Virus record (IMG/VR): IMGVR_UViG_3300005058_000015 | Location: 1-34,207 of that record | Reading direction: 5' to 3' (one strand) | Origin: a virus | Lineage: Duplodnaviria > Caudoviricetes | Length of the DNA: 34,207 bases | In this document: positions 23,344-32,274 of the stretch, piece by piece | Position numbering within the stretch: the first letter of the stretch is position 1 | Layout of the letters: each line of letters opens with the position of its first letter | Notes under the pieces: model-generated | What the model was told of the DNA's origin: nothing | The model's input: only the letters and a program-made list of their open reading frames with translations | Databases searched by the model: none | Translations under genes and position numbers: made by a program

Positions 23344-23864
23344 CCGTCGCCACTCGATATCCCGTCGTCGAGAGAATCGCACAGCTTCTCTACGCGCGCC
23401 TGGAGTTGCTGCTCTACGGTTCGTTCAACACTCGCGCCTCGGCGATTGTTCGCGCTGCCGAGCACTTCCGCGCCACGAAGCCCGGCGAACTGACCGGCGC
23501 TTTTCGATTGCAAGATCGGCTGGTGCTGTTGTCGCACTCTGACGCCGACGTAGGCAATGCGGAGGCGGCATCCCTGGGGATGCTCGAAAACATGCAGCGA
23601 TTCGAGGCGGCTTGCTTCGTCATGCCGAGCGGCAACGACAAGACGCCTACCGACACGATCGTCAACGTGTTCGCTGCGGACGTGAAGAAAGCCATCACCG
23701 CGGCGGAATCGTCCAGTTACGACTGGGCGCAAATGAACGGCCTGGCGATGAACAGCCGGTTACAGCCGGTGGTCAAGTTCGACTCTGCCGACTGGTGGGG
23801 CTGCATTGTGCCGCTGGTGGTCGAGTATCGCACCGACGAAACAAACCCCTATCAAGTGAGGTAG
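23340..23864 (+). CDS. Tail terminator protein (gpU-like)
   Basis: Synteny; ADVKKAI..., V.YRTDETNPY C-terminus. Confidence 0.7.
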   Translation: MTVATRYPVVERIAQLLYARLELLLYGSFNTRASAIVRAAEHFRATKPGELTGAFRLQDRLVLLSHSDADVGNAEAASLGMLENMQRFEAACFVMPSGNDKTPTDTIVNVFAADVKKAITAAESSSYDWAQMNGLAMNSRLQPVVKFDSADWWGCIVPLVVEYRTDETNPYQVR

Positions 23865-23868
23865 GTTC

Positions 23869-24792
23869 ATGCCGCTACTCACCAAGAAAGTTCAGCTCAT
23901 CGCAAAGGTCGAGGGGACCGTCGGCACGGCCGAAAGCCTCAGTACCGCAGATGGTGAATTCAACGCCTACGATATCGTGATTCAAAAGGCGATCGAAGTT
24001 CAGCAGCGCCAGCAGCAAGGCAGTTTCTCGAAGATCCCGAGCGTGCCAGGTGCTCGCGCTGGCCGGGTCACGTTCTCGATGGATGTGATTGGCGGCGCAT
24101 CTGACCCGCCTTGGGCCGCGACGTTTCTGCCGGCTTGCGGTTGGGTGGGCAGTTCGCACGTTTATACGCCGGTCAGCGCTCCCCCTGGTTCTGGCAACGT
24201 CAAGACAGTAACGATTGGCGTCTATCAGAACGGCATGCGTAAGGTGCTGCGCGGTTGCATGGGCTCCTGGTCGCTGACGTGGGTAGCTGGCATGCCCATG
24301 CGGATCAACTTCGACTTCATGGGCATCTGGGTTGCGCCGACAGATACCGCGATGCTCTCCGTCAACTATCCGACGACGCTCCCGCTGCGGTTCGCCTCGA
24401 GCGCAATCACGCTCAACTCATCTTCGCTCGCGCTCAAGACGCTCACGATCAACTCGGGAAACAACGTCGTGATGCGCGAGGATGCGAACGACTCGAGTGG
24501 CTACGCTTCCGCGATTGTGACCGACCGCACCGTGAACGGCAGCTTCGACCCGTACGCGGAACTTGTCGCCACGCGCGACGATTGGGGGCTGTTCCTTGCT
24601 GGCACGGAGCATGCCTTAGCGGCGAGCATTGGCTCTGGCGGCGCTGGCGTGGCGATTGCCGCGCCGAAACTCCAGCGAATCAACGTGCAAGACGAGGACG
24701 ACGACGGCAAGCGCCGCAACACAATCGAGTTCCAGTGCAACGCCTCGGCGGACGCTGGCGACGACGAATTTTCCTTCACGATTTCACAGTAG
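23869..24792 (+). CDS. Major tail tube protein
   Basis: AKVE.T.GT, LPACG, GCMG...L, INFDFMG, NNVVMR, ITDR-like motifs; no sheath gene nearby. Confidence 0.85.
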   Translation: MPLLTKKVQLIAKVEGTVGTAESLSTADGEFNAYDIVIQKAIEVQQRQQQGSFSKIPSVPGARAGRVTFSMDVIGGASDPPWAATFLPACGWVGSSHVYTPVSAPPGSGNVKTVTIGVYQNGMRKVLRGCMGSWSLTWVAGMPMRINFDFMGIWVAPTDTAMLSVNYPTTLPLRFASSAITLNSSSLALKTLTINSGNNVVMREDANDSSGYASAIVTDRTVNGSFDPYAELVATRDDWGLFLAGTEHALAASIGSGGAGVAIAAPKLQRINVQDEDDDGKRRNTIEFQCNASADAGDDEFSFTISQ

Positions 24793-24798
24793 CAGAAC

Positions 24799-25167
24799 AT
24801 GAAACGCGCTCTCGAACCTGGGGCAAAAATCAAAATCGCACTGGAAGGCGACCGGCCTTTGACGGTTGTTTTCCATTCGCTCTCGCTGCGTGACTATCTC
24901 GCGTTCTGCGAAGAACTAACGAGCGTCGACAACAGCTATTCCGGCATGTGCAAGCACTTCGTTGGCATCGCCAAGAAATACGCGAAGTCGATTCTCGAAG
25001 GCGAGACAGAGCACTCAGTCGACGAGATTGATTTGCTGCTTGGTCCTGCTGACGTGCGCGATGTGGTCTTGGAATTCCGCGACGCTCACTTATTGAGCTA
25101 TGAGGATAAAAAAAAATACGAGTCGCAAGCCTCATCCATTTCGGACAACTCTGTTCAGAGTGCGTAG
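24799..25167 (+). CDS. Tail assembly chaperone (gpG-like)
   Basis: Between tube and tape measure; A9 slippery run at 25108-25116. Confidence 0.8.
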   Translation: MKRALEPGAKIKIALEGDRPLTVVFHSLSLRDYLAFCEELTSVDNSYSGMCKHFVGIAKKYAKSILEGETEHSVDEIDLLLGPADVRDVVLEFRDAHLLSYEDKKKYESQASSISDNSVQSA

Positions 25168-25466
25168 GGTCTTGCCGGCAAACTGTCAACGACGGAATGC
25201 CTGTACTGGTCGAGTGCCCTGGTTGCTCGGAGCGCGGATGCGAGCGATGCAACGGCGTGGGCTCGTTTGAGTTGAACGGCTGTCCGTGTGCCTTTGTGGG
25301 AGACGAGATTTGGCAGGCGATTGACCTTGCCGACGACTACGAAAAAGGATTGCCGCCGGTTGCTGGCGGAACCTTGGATCAGTCGCCTTGGATCAATGCA
25401 CTGAGGCGGCGAGTGGTGAACGAACGCGAGCGCGTGAAGCTGGAGTTAACGCCGCATGGCCGGTGA
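25110..25466 (+). CDS. -1 frame extension of the tail chaperone (gpT-like part of a gpGT fusion)
   Basis: The -1 frame is open from the A9 run to 25466 and contains track ORF 25197..25466 (LPPVAGGTLDQSPW). Confidence 0.75.
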   Translation, partial: KKIRVASLIHFGQLCSECVGSCRQTVNDGMPVLVECPGCSERGCERCNGVGSFELNGCPCAFVGDEIWQAIDLADDYEKGLPPVAGGTLDQSPWINALRRRVVNERERVKLELTPHGR

Positions 25467-26565
25467 TATCACGATCAAGATTGGCGGCAAGTCGACGACG
25501 CAGCCGGCCGTGGATCGATCAATCGGCGACCTCAAGCGCTTGCAGGGCGGAGTAGCCCAAGTCGGCAAAACCTTGGGCGGGCTCAAAGCCGGGCTGGCAG
25601 GATTCGCTACGTTGTGGGGACTCCGCCGAATCTCGTCGGGACTTCACAACGTGCTCGGCAATCTTGACGAGATTGGCGACCGACTCGGTGGCACGTTAGG
25701 CGCACAAGCGCACCAGGCATCGGACGCATTCGGCGACTTGCGCGACGAGCTCCGTGGCATTACCGATGAGATTGCCGGGCGCATGTCTCCCGCCATGACC
25801 GTGTTTGCCCGCGACCTGAAAGAGGCGGTTGCCGGCACTGGTGCGCGTGATGGCTTGGGCGATTGGTTCGAGGAAAAGACGAATCAGGCGTCGGTGCTGA
25901 TTGAGAAGATGCAGGAGTTGCACCAGCAGAGTGCACTCGCCGGAATCGGCATCAAGGATGCTCTGAAATTCGACCCGATTTTCGGCGCGTTCGAGAGCAT
26001 CATGGCGCTTGGCGGCAGCGGCAAGACGGGAAGCAGAAAAGTTGAAGCGCTGAAAAGCGAGAACGCCGAAGAGGCGCGCATCAAAGCGAAGAACGATGCG
26101 GAGCTCGCCGCGCAGGGTAAGGGGTTCGCCGAGCGCCAAGCGCGTGAAGCGGTAGAGTCCGCAGCGGCGGCGCAGCAGCGCAAAGCCCAAGCCGATTGGG
26201 ATAAGTTCTCGGCGCCAGCAGTCGGCAAAGCTGCAGCCGGCAAATCGCCGAATTGGGGCGCGCTTGGCGGCCGTGGTATGGATGCGGCGAGGAAGGAATT
26301 CGACCGGGCGCAAAAAGACGCGCAGGCCGCAAAGCAAGACGACGCCGATCGACTTCGCGCCATGCTCGCACCGGCACCAGGCCTTGCGCCGCGCGAGGCA
26401 AACCGTTTGACGCGCGGGCTGGGCATGAACGTCGACCCTGCGGACCAACTTGTGTATCTCGCCAAAGAGGCGGCCAAGCGTGAGGAGGAAATGGTTAAGG
26501 CCGACAAGGCCGCGCAGAAAGCCCTTGAGAAGATCGCGGCTCAGCGTGGGCGGGGGGTCTTCTAA
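25456..26565 (+). CDS. Tape measure protein (short, 369 aa)
   Basis: MAGDITIKIGG start; Ala/Gly/Lys-rich helical; follows the frameshifted chaperone. Confidence 0.8.
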   Translation: MAGDITIKIGGKSTTQPAVDRSIGDLKRLQGGVAQVGKTLGGLKAGLAGFATLWGLRRISSGLHNVLGNLDEIGDRLGGTLGAQAHQASDAFGDLRDELRGITDEIAGRMSPAMTVFARDLKEAVAGTGARDGLGDWFEEKTNQASVLIEKMQELHQQSALAGIGIKDALKFDPIFGAFESIMALGGSGKTGSRKVEALKSENAEEARIKAKNDAELAAQGKGFAERQAREAVESAAAAQQRKAQADWDKFSAPAVGKAAAGKSPNWGALGGRGMDAARKEFDRAQKDAQAAKQDDADRLRAMLAPAPGLAPREANRLTRGLGMNVDPADQLVYLAKEAAKREEEMVKADKAAQKALEKIAAQRGRGVF

Positions 26566-27431
26566 TGGCGATTGATGTGCGGTTCGGCAGCAGCGGCAAT
26601 GCGGACGGCGCAGAGGGCGACCAGAACAACGCCACTCGTGACAACGTGATTCCGTTCACGGCTGTTACCACGGCCGGCGAAACGGCTATGCAGGTACGCG
26701 CCGCAGTCGTCGAGGGCTATATCGGCACGCCTCACGCCGAAGACTTGTTTATGCGCGTGCGTTCGTGCCGCGTGAATCAGGTCACGCCGATTTATTTTGA
26801 AGGTGAGATTTCCTACGACGCGCTAGGACCGAACCAGAACGACCGACCCGAGAACCAGCACGCGCAAATCAGCAGCGTGATCGAAAAGGTCGACGAGCCG
26901 GTGGACGAAGACGCCAACGGCAACCCGCTCCAGAACAAAGCGGGTGAGCCGTTCGACCCGCCATTGACTCGACGATACTCAGATCGCGTTTTCACAATCC
27001 GAAAGAACGTCGAAGAATTTAACGCTGAATTCTTCGACCAGTACAACGACGTGGTGAACTCCGACGAATTCCTCGGTTACAAGCCGGGCCAATGCCTGAT
27101 GGACGGCATCAGCGGAACTTTGGTATGGCAAGACGACTACGAGTATTGGGAAATCGAGGCAGTCGTGAGAGTGCGCCGTCCGCCGGCCGGCAGGCACCCG
27201 AAAAAGACTTGGTTCTGGCGCGTCCGCCACGAGGGCTATTACGTGCTCGCACCCGACGCCAACAACGTGCTAAAGGCGGTGCGACGACTGAGTCCACTCG
27301 ACGGCCAGCCGTGCTCCGTGCCTCTGCCGCTCAAGGATGACGGCACCGCGGAAGATGATCCGACAGTCGGGCACTTTCTCGAATTCAAGCGATACGAAAC
27401 GATGGATTTTGGAGCGCTGAACCTGATTTAG
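26565..27431 (+). CDS. Distal tail / hub protein
   Basis: Directly after the tape measure; NKAGEPFDPP, VNSDEFLGY.PG motifs. Confidence 0.6.
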   Translation: MAIDVRFGSSGNADGAEGDQNNATRDNVIPFTAVTTAGETAMQVRAAVVEGYIGTPHAEDLFMRVRSCRVNQVTPIYFEGEISYDALGPNQNDRPENQHAQISSVIEKVDEPVDEDANGNPLQNKAGEPFDPPLTRRYSDRVFTIRKNVEEFNAEFFDQYNDVVNSDEFLGYKPGQCLMDGISGTLVWQDDYEYWEIEAVVRVRRPPAGRHPKKTWFWRVRHEGYYVLAPDANNVLKAVRRLSPLDGQPCSVPLPLKDDGTAEDDPTVGHFLEFKRYETMDFGALNLI

Positions 27432-27445
27432 CGACTGGAGGCAGC

Positions 27446-28111
27446 ATGAATATCATCGACTCAGTGACCAGATTCATCGAGCGAGTCATTTTCGAGGGCA
27501 GCGTTACGCTTCCTGCGGACTGTATTGGCGACGACCAGATTGCAGACGGCTCGAATATTGACCCCGCGAAGCTGGCCCAGCGTCCACTATTGCGCATTCC
27601 GCAGAACCTCGCCGAGTTCGTGATTCACGACGCACCGCAAACGAGACTTCCAGGTACACAATCCGGCGACGATCTTTGCATCGCAGGCACGTCCTACGGC
27701 AACACGTCGATTGAACTGAAGACCGGAAATCAGTCGGCGGACGGCAATGTCACGATGTACGCTCGCAAGAGCATGCAACTTCCGGGCAACTACGAAGCCG
27801 GGCAATCCGTCTCTATCGAAATCAAGGCCGGCATGGAAAGCAACGTCGCCGATGTCTATGCGGCCGTGCAAGTCGAGGCCCGACTCAGTGACGGCAACGG
27901 AGGCGTAAGCTCGGAATTGACGCTGACGGCTGCGCAGTCGATCAACAATACAACGGCTGCGGTCAAGACGTTCACGATCGACCCAACGAACTTAGTGCCA
28001 GGATCGACGCTCGATGTGCGCGTCGGCCTGGTCGTCAACGATGCCGCAACTGCTGGCCCGGTCGTGGGAGCCATCGGAAATATCACACTGCTCTGCGACA
28101 CTCGGGGGTAG
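27446..28111 (+). CDS. Tail-associated beta-sandwich protein
   Basis: ggagg SD; synteny; beta-rich composition. Confidence 0.6.
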   Translation: MNIIDSVTRFIERVIFEGSVTLPADCIGDDQIADGSNIDPAKLAQRPLLRIPQNLAEFVIHDAPQTRLPGTQSGDDLCIAGTSYGNTSIELKTGNQSADGNVTMYARKSMQLPGNYEAGQSVSIEIKAGMESNVADVYAAVQVEARLSDGNGGVSSELTLTAAQSINNTTAAVKTFTIDPTNLVPGSTLDVRVGLVVNDAATAGPVVGAIGNITLLCDTRG

Positions 28112-28114
28112 TCC

Positions 28115-29665
28115 GTGCGGAACATCATCACGGATCGAGACCGCGAGGTTTTCCGGCGTGACCACAAGTTGCTGCACGACCTGAAGGGACGGCGTAACTT
28201 CCATCGTCGACGCCAGCCTCTTGACCCGCCAGACGCCGGCATTCCCTTTCGCAACGAGACTAGCGAGACGATTCCGGCCTATGGGCTGATCGTCATAGCC
28301 ACCAGCTTTGCGCGCGGCTGGTCGATTACTGTTGGCGGCAAGCCTGGACTTTCAACCGAAGTGACCTACGCGGCCAACGGTCCTATGCCGGTGCTTGCGG
28401 GCGAATGGGGGCGGTGCTATTGCAGCGGCATTGTGCCGTTGCTCCACGATGGCGCAGCAGCTCTTTCTCGCGGCGACACCCTTGGCGCGAAGCCCGGCCA
28501 GTGGTCCGCCGCCAAGGGATACCCGGCAATCGCAACCGTCACTGGTGATGCTGGTGAAAGCCCGTTCGGCGGCGATTTAGTTAAGGTGCAGTGGGGCACC
28601 GTGAATCGACTTCTGGTTAAGCTCCGCGCGACGAGCACGAAGAATAGCGCCACTCCGGTAACGTGCGATATTCTTTGGAGCAGCACGCCGGGGAGCGGCG
28701 AAACTGCTATCTCCGAAGCTCTGGTTACGATTTCGGCATTCAACAAGTTTGGCAGCCTGCCGGTCAATACGGTCGCATGGGCAGAGTCCAATAACGGCTA
28801 TTGGTACATCGTTTCTCCAGTGGCCGGAACTGGCGGGCTCATCCGTTTCGAGCTTCGCAGCGCCTTGGCTCCCGGCAGTTCCGCCACCGCAGCCGTGCTC
28901 ACCTGGGATACCGGATCATCGTCCTATATTCCACTACTCGACGACGAGGAAGACGAGATTCTGATTAACGTCGCGGACTTCACTTCGCCGGGGACGTGGC
29001 GCGGGCATGCGCCGGTTGTCGGCGGCCCGAACGGCTGCGAGGGCTGGTGCGTTCCGGTCTCGGATCGCACGTTCACGCCCACCGAATCCGTGCCCGATAC
29101 GACGTGCTACGAAATTGTTTGGATGGAGATGAAGGCGCGGCACATCCATTTCAAGTTGCATGAAGCGATCGACACTCAGGACGCTAGCGCACTCGCGTAC
29201 GTGGTGCGATGGGGCGACGGAATCAACCCGACCGACGACGCACTAGAAGATACGATTACGGTATTCAATCAGGTCGACGATTCGCCGTTCATGCCGGACA
29301 ACTCGTATCGCTATCACTCGCTCACTGGATATGTCGGCGAGGCGGTCTATGACCCGGAGACCGACAAGTATTGGATCACGTCGCTTAAGACGCCAGCGCC
29401 GTTTATCTTCGGCCACCTGAATGCGGCTTGTAATCCAGGCGCGTCCGTGATGATGAGCCGTTGGGAGCACGACGACACGGACGGCTCGATTTACGACACG
29501 GGCGAGGATATCGAGATTTGGGAGACGAACCTAAACGACGGTGAAACGGCGATTGCCCAATACACTCGCGTTCAAGCGCACCTCAACGAGCGAGGTCGCT
29601 ACATCATGGGCGTAGTCAACTGCCGGCCCGAGCTGCTTGCGAATCTTCCCGCAGTGCCGGAGTAG
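28115..29665 (+). CDS. Multi-domain tail-tip protein
   Basis: 516 aa; N-terminal FRNETSETIPAYG domain, then repeated ~90-100-aa modules ending in G....W/Y.I. Confidence 0.65.
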   Translation: MRNIITDRDREVFRRDHKLLHDLKGRRNFHRRRQPLDPPDAGIPFRNETSETIPAYGLIVIATSFARGWSITVGGKPGLSTEVTYAANGPMPVLAGEWGRCYCSGIVPLLHDGAAALSRGDTLGAKPGQWSAAKGYPAIATVTGDAGESPFGGDLVKVQWGTVNRLLVKLRATSTKNSATPVTCDILWSSTPGSGETAISEALVTISAFNKFGSLPVNTVAWAESNNGYWYIVSPVAGTGGLIRFELRSALAPGSSATAAVLTWDTGSSSYIPLLDDEEDEILINVADFTSPGTWRGHAPVVGGPNGCEGWCVPVSDRTFTPTESVPDTTCYEIVWMEMKARHIHFKLHEAIDTQDASALAYVVRWGDGINPTDDALEDTITVFNQVDDSPFMPDNSYRYHSLTGYVGEAVYDPETDKYWITSLKTPAPFIFGHLNAACNPGASVMMSRWEHDDTDGSIYDTGEDIEIWETNLNDGETAIAQYTRVQAHLNERGRYIMGVVNCRPELLANLPAVPE

Positions 29666-29669
29666 CGCA

Positions 29670-31253
29670 ATGGCCCAGCGAAACGGACGATGCCAGACAT
29701 GTTGCTGCCGGGTGTTCTCGGACGACTACAACCGCGAGAACAGCACGAACGTAGGCGACGACTGGACCGAGACCGACGGCGGCTGGGAGGTCGATGGCAA
29801 CGCGCTCATCACCGAGGATTCCGACGCGCGGATTGACTGCGACCATGAGCACCCGGACGCGATCCCAGCGCACTATGTCGAGGTCGACGTGTACGGCACG
29901 GACGACGACGACGAAGCAAAAGTCTTTGTTGGCGATCACTACGCCAAGATCACCTTCGGCGACCCTAACGGCTGCCTTGGGCTCTACACGACGGCCGGCG
30001 ATGTGCTACTGACAAAAATGCGCGTCAGTGCGCCGGCTGATATCTTCGCCACGCTCAAAGTATGGTACGGCGACGCGGACGGAGCCGATTGCAACTTTTC
30101 CGCGCAGTGGGACGACGGCGAAATTCTTTCCTACACCGTGACTAGAAACGGCAACGGCGTCGGCCTGGGAACCGGCACGATTACGGCTGAGGTGCGATTC
30201 GACAACTTCGTGTACGAAAAGCACTGGACCGAAGACCATCCAGACTGCCCGCGTGCGACGGTCGATATGTGCCCGATCCTGCACGACGACTTTACGCGCG
30301 CCAATGATACAAACGTCGGCTGCTCCTATACCGAAGTCTCCGGCGACCTGGAGATTGACACGAACGACGCCAAGACTTCGAGCGACAACGCTCAGCTTCT
30401 CATCGACACGATTCACCCTGAGATCAAGTCAACCGGCTCGATTCGAGTGGTGTTGTCTGGCGCGACGGATGACGTGTTCAAAATCTACGCCGCCGAAGAC
30501 TTCTACGCGCAATTGATCCTGGGCACTTCCAAGACGCTCAAGCTATTCGACGGTGGCGGGGAGCTGGCGAGCATTCCGATCACAACCAGCACGACAGCCA
30601 CGATTACCGTCTGTCTCTCGGATGCCGTGCTGACGGCGAATGTCGGCAGCACGCAGCTTTCGGCATCAGTCACCGCGCCGGCAGGGCCAAAGAAATGGGG
30701 CTTCGGCACTGGTTCGATTGCCGGAACGGTTTCATTTCTCACGGTCAGCTATGGCAAGTGGGGCTGCTACGAGTGCTACGACGATTGCTCTACGGAGTGC
30801 TGCGAGACTCAGTTTACCGAATACGTCGTCGACTTCGGCGCGGCTGGCTCTCTGACCGACGAAGAGTGCGACGCCTGTGATACGATCGGCGGTGAGTACA
30901 CCGTGAGGCGCTACGATACTTCCTGCCAGTGGCGGTACATTGGCCCGACGATTTGCCAAGTTGAGGCGACGTGCCTCGATCCGCCGTTTACGCGCAACTT
31001 CGACGTGAGAGTCCGCTGGCAGCTTGATATCCTGGTTCCCTGCCAGTGGCGGCTGCGCGGGTTCGTCGAAGTCGACTCTGGCGACGATACGTGCTCGATT
31101 CCCACGAATGCCACCGCGACCTATCTCGGCCCGGCTGGGCTCGATGACTGCGAGGAGCTGCCGGTTACTCTGACGCTTCAGGCGGGCTCGACGACAGGTG
31201 GTGTTTGCAACGGCGCGTGGCCGGGGACGGTTACGCTTGAGGAGGCCGCGTAG
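29670..31253 (+). CDS. Cys/Asp/Thr-rich tail fibre or receptor-binding protein with a duplicated lectin-like domain
   Basis: N-terminal CQTCCC; repeats DDYNRENSTNVG and DDFTRANDTNVG; about 25 Cys. Confidence 0.65.
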   Translation: MAQRNGRCQTCCCRVFSDDYNRENSTNVGDDWTETDGGWEVDGNALITEDSDARIDCDHEHPDAIPAHYVEVDVYGTDDDDEAKVFVGDHYAKITFGDPNGCLGLYTTAGDVLLTKMRVSAPADIFATLKVWYGDADGADCNFSAQWDDGEILSYTVTRNGNGVGLGTGTITAEVRFDNFVYEKHWTEDHPDCPRATVDMCPILHDDFTRANDTNVGCSYTEVSGDLEIDTNDAKTSSDNAQLLIDTIHPEIKSTGSIRVVLSGATDDVFKIYAAEDFYAQLILGTSKTLKLFDGGGELASIPITTSTTATITVCLSDAVLTANVGSTQLSASVTAPAGPKKWGFGTGSIAGTVSFLTVSYGKWGCYECYDDCSTECCETQFTEYVVDFGAAGSLTDEECDACDTIGGEYTVRRYDTSCQWRYIGPTICQVEATCLDPPFTRNFDVRVRWQLDILVPCQWRLRGFVEVDSGDDTCSIPTNATATYLGPAGLDDCEELPVTLTLQAGSTTGGVCNGAWPGTVTLEEAA

Positions 31254-31654
31254 TGGATTGCGCGTATGAAGCGACCGGCGCGAGTGGCGGCAAGGCGCAC
31301 TATGTTTGCACGGTATGCGGTCACACTCGACGCTCGGCCTATCCGCCGAATCTGCTGCACCACTCTTGCAGCGATGCGCCGACGCAGAGAACCAAAGGGG
31401 TTGGCGACTTCCTCAAAGAATCGCTCGAGGGCGCTGGCTTCAAGCAAGGCGGCTGCGGTTGCGCGTCGATGCAAGCGAAAATGAACGCCTGGGGGCCTGC
31501 CGGCTGCATCGAGCACATGGCCGAGATTCTTGACCATCTACAGGCCGAGGCGACGAAGCGCAAGCAACCATTTGACCGCGACTTGGTGGAAATCGCCGTG
31601 CTGATGGCGATTGGCGGGGCGGAAGAGGCCAGCAGAGCCTCACAGGTCCATTAG
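31253..31654 (+). CDS. Cys-containing protein ending the tail operon
   Basis: CTVC..HHSC, then GVGDFL..GCGC..MNAWGPAGC; TAG/GTG overlap. Confidence 0.7.
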   Translation: MDCAYEATGASGGKAHYVCTVCGHTRRSAYPPNLLHHSCSDAPTQRTKGVGDFLKESLEGAGFKQGGCGCASMQAKMNAWGPAGCIEHMAEILDHLQAEATKRKQPFDRDLVEIAVLMAIGGAEEASRASQVH

Positions 31655-32047
31655 GTCAACCGCCACCAGCATCCCCACCGCGGCGGCCGCTGCAAATGTG
31701 GCCAGCGTCAACTCAAGCGCTGTCGACCCCATTGCCATGATGACCAACAGCCCGTTGCCGGCCTTGTCGTCTGATTTGTCGAGCACGGCAAAAAGGGTGC
31801 TCGTGTTGAGAAACAGAATCAGCCAGACGAGGCAACCCCACAAGAGCATCACAAGACCGGCGAGCCTTAACGCTGTGCGGCTGCGCGGGGCCGGCTGCTG
31901 GCGATTCGTCGGTACGCTTGGCGGCCCCTGCCCGGGCTGCCGCTTCGTCACAGTGAACCGCTGTTGACAGTGAGGGCAGATTACGGCCGGAGTGTTGGCA
32001 GGGACGATGCAACCGCCGTTGCAATGCGGGCAAGTCGCGTCTGCCAT
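31640..32047 (-). CDS. Zinc-ribbon two-TM membrane protein (moron)
   Basis: CPHC..CPHC, Pro-rich linker, two hydrophobic helices; SD gggagg; own promoter. Confidence 0.8.
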   Translation of the reverse strand: MADATCPHCNGGCIVPANTPAVICPHCQQRFTVTKRQPGQGPPSVPTNRQQPAPRSRTALRLAGLVMLLWGCLVWLILFLNTSTLFAVLDKSDDKAGNGLLVIMAMGSTALELTLATFAAAAAVGMLVAVDLMDL

Positions 32048-32080
32048 TGGCTTCTCCCTCCCTGTTAGGTGAAAGGATCG

Positions 32081-32109
32081 AGCCTACCGCTGGGAGAGGG
32101 GCGGGTCAA
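32081..32109 (-). promoter_or_regulatory. Sigma70-type promoter of the moron
   Basis: Minus strand TTGACC (32109-32104), 17 nt, TAGGCT (32086-32081). Confidence 0.65.
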
Positions 32110-32223
32110 GGAAATTGCCACCCTCCCCGTTAATTCCGCGTTAGCCGGGAAACCGCATAATCCAGCGGAGGCGGAATGTCGATATCGAAAATGGGAAGGT
32201 CGGCAATCGCGACCTTTTAGGGG

Positions 32224-32272
32224 GCGACCCGCCAGCGGTGGCGTCGGGCTACAGGCTGGCGGGTCGCTTTTT
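32224..32272 (+). terminator. Strong hairpin with T-run on the + strand, abutting the integrase stop codon
   Basis: Perfect 13-bp inverted repeat 32224-32236/32255-32267 then ttttt. Confidence 0.7.
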
Positions 32273-32274
32273 CC

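Noticed and set aside
28115..31253. Diversity-generating retroelement or invertible tail-fibre cassette
   Set aside because: No reverse transcriptase or invertase gene and no near-identical nucleotide repeat pair seen.
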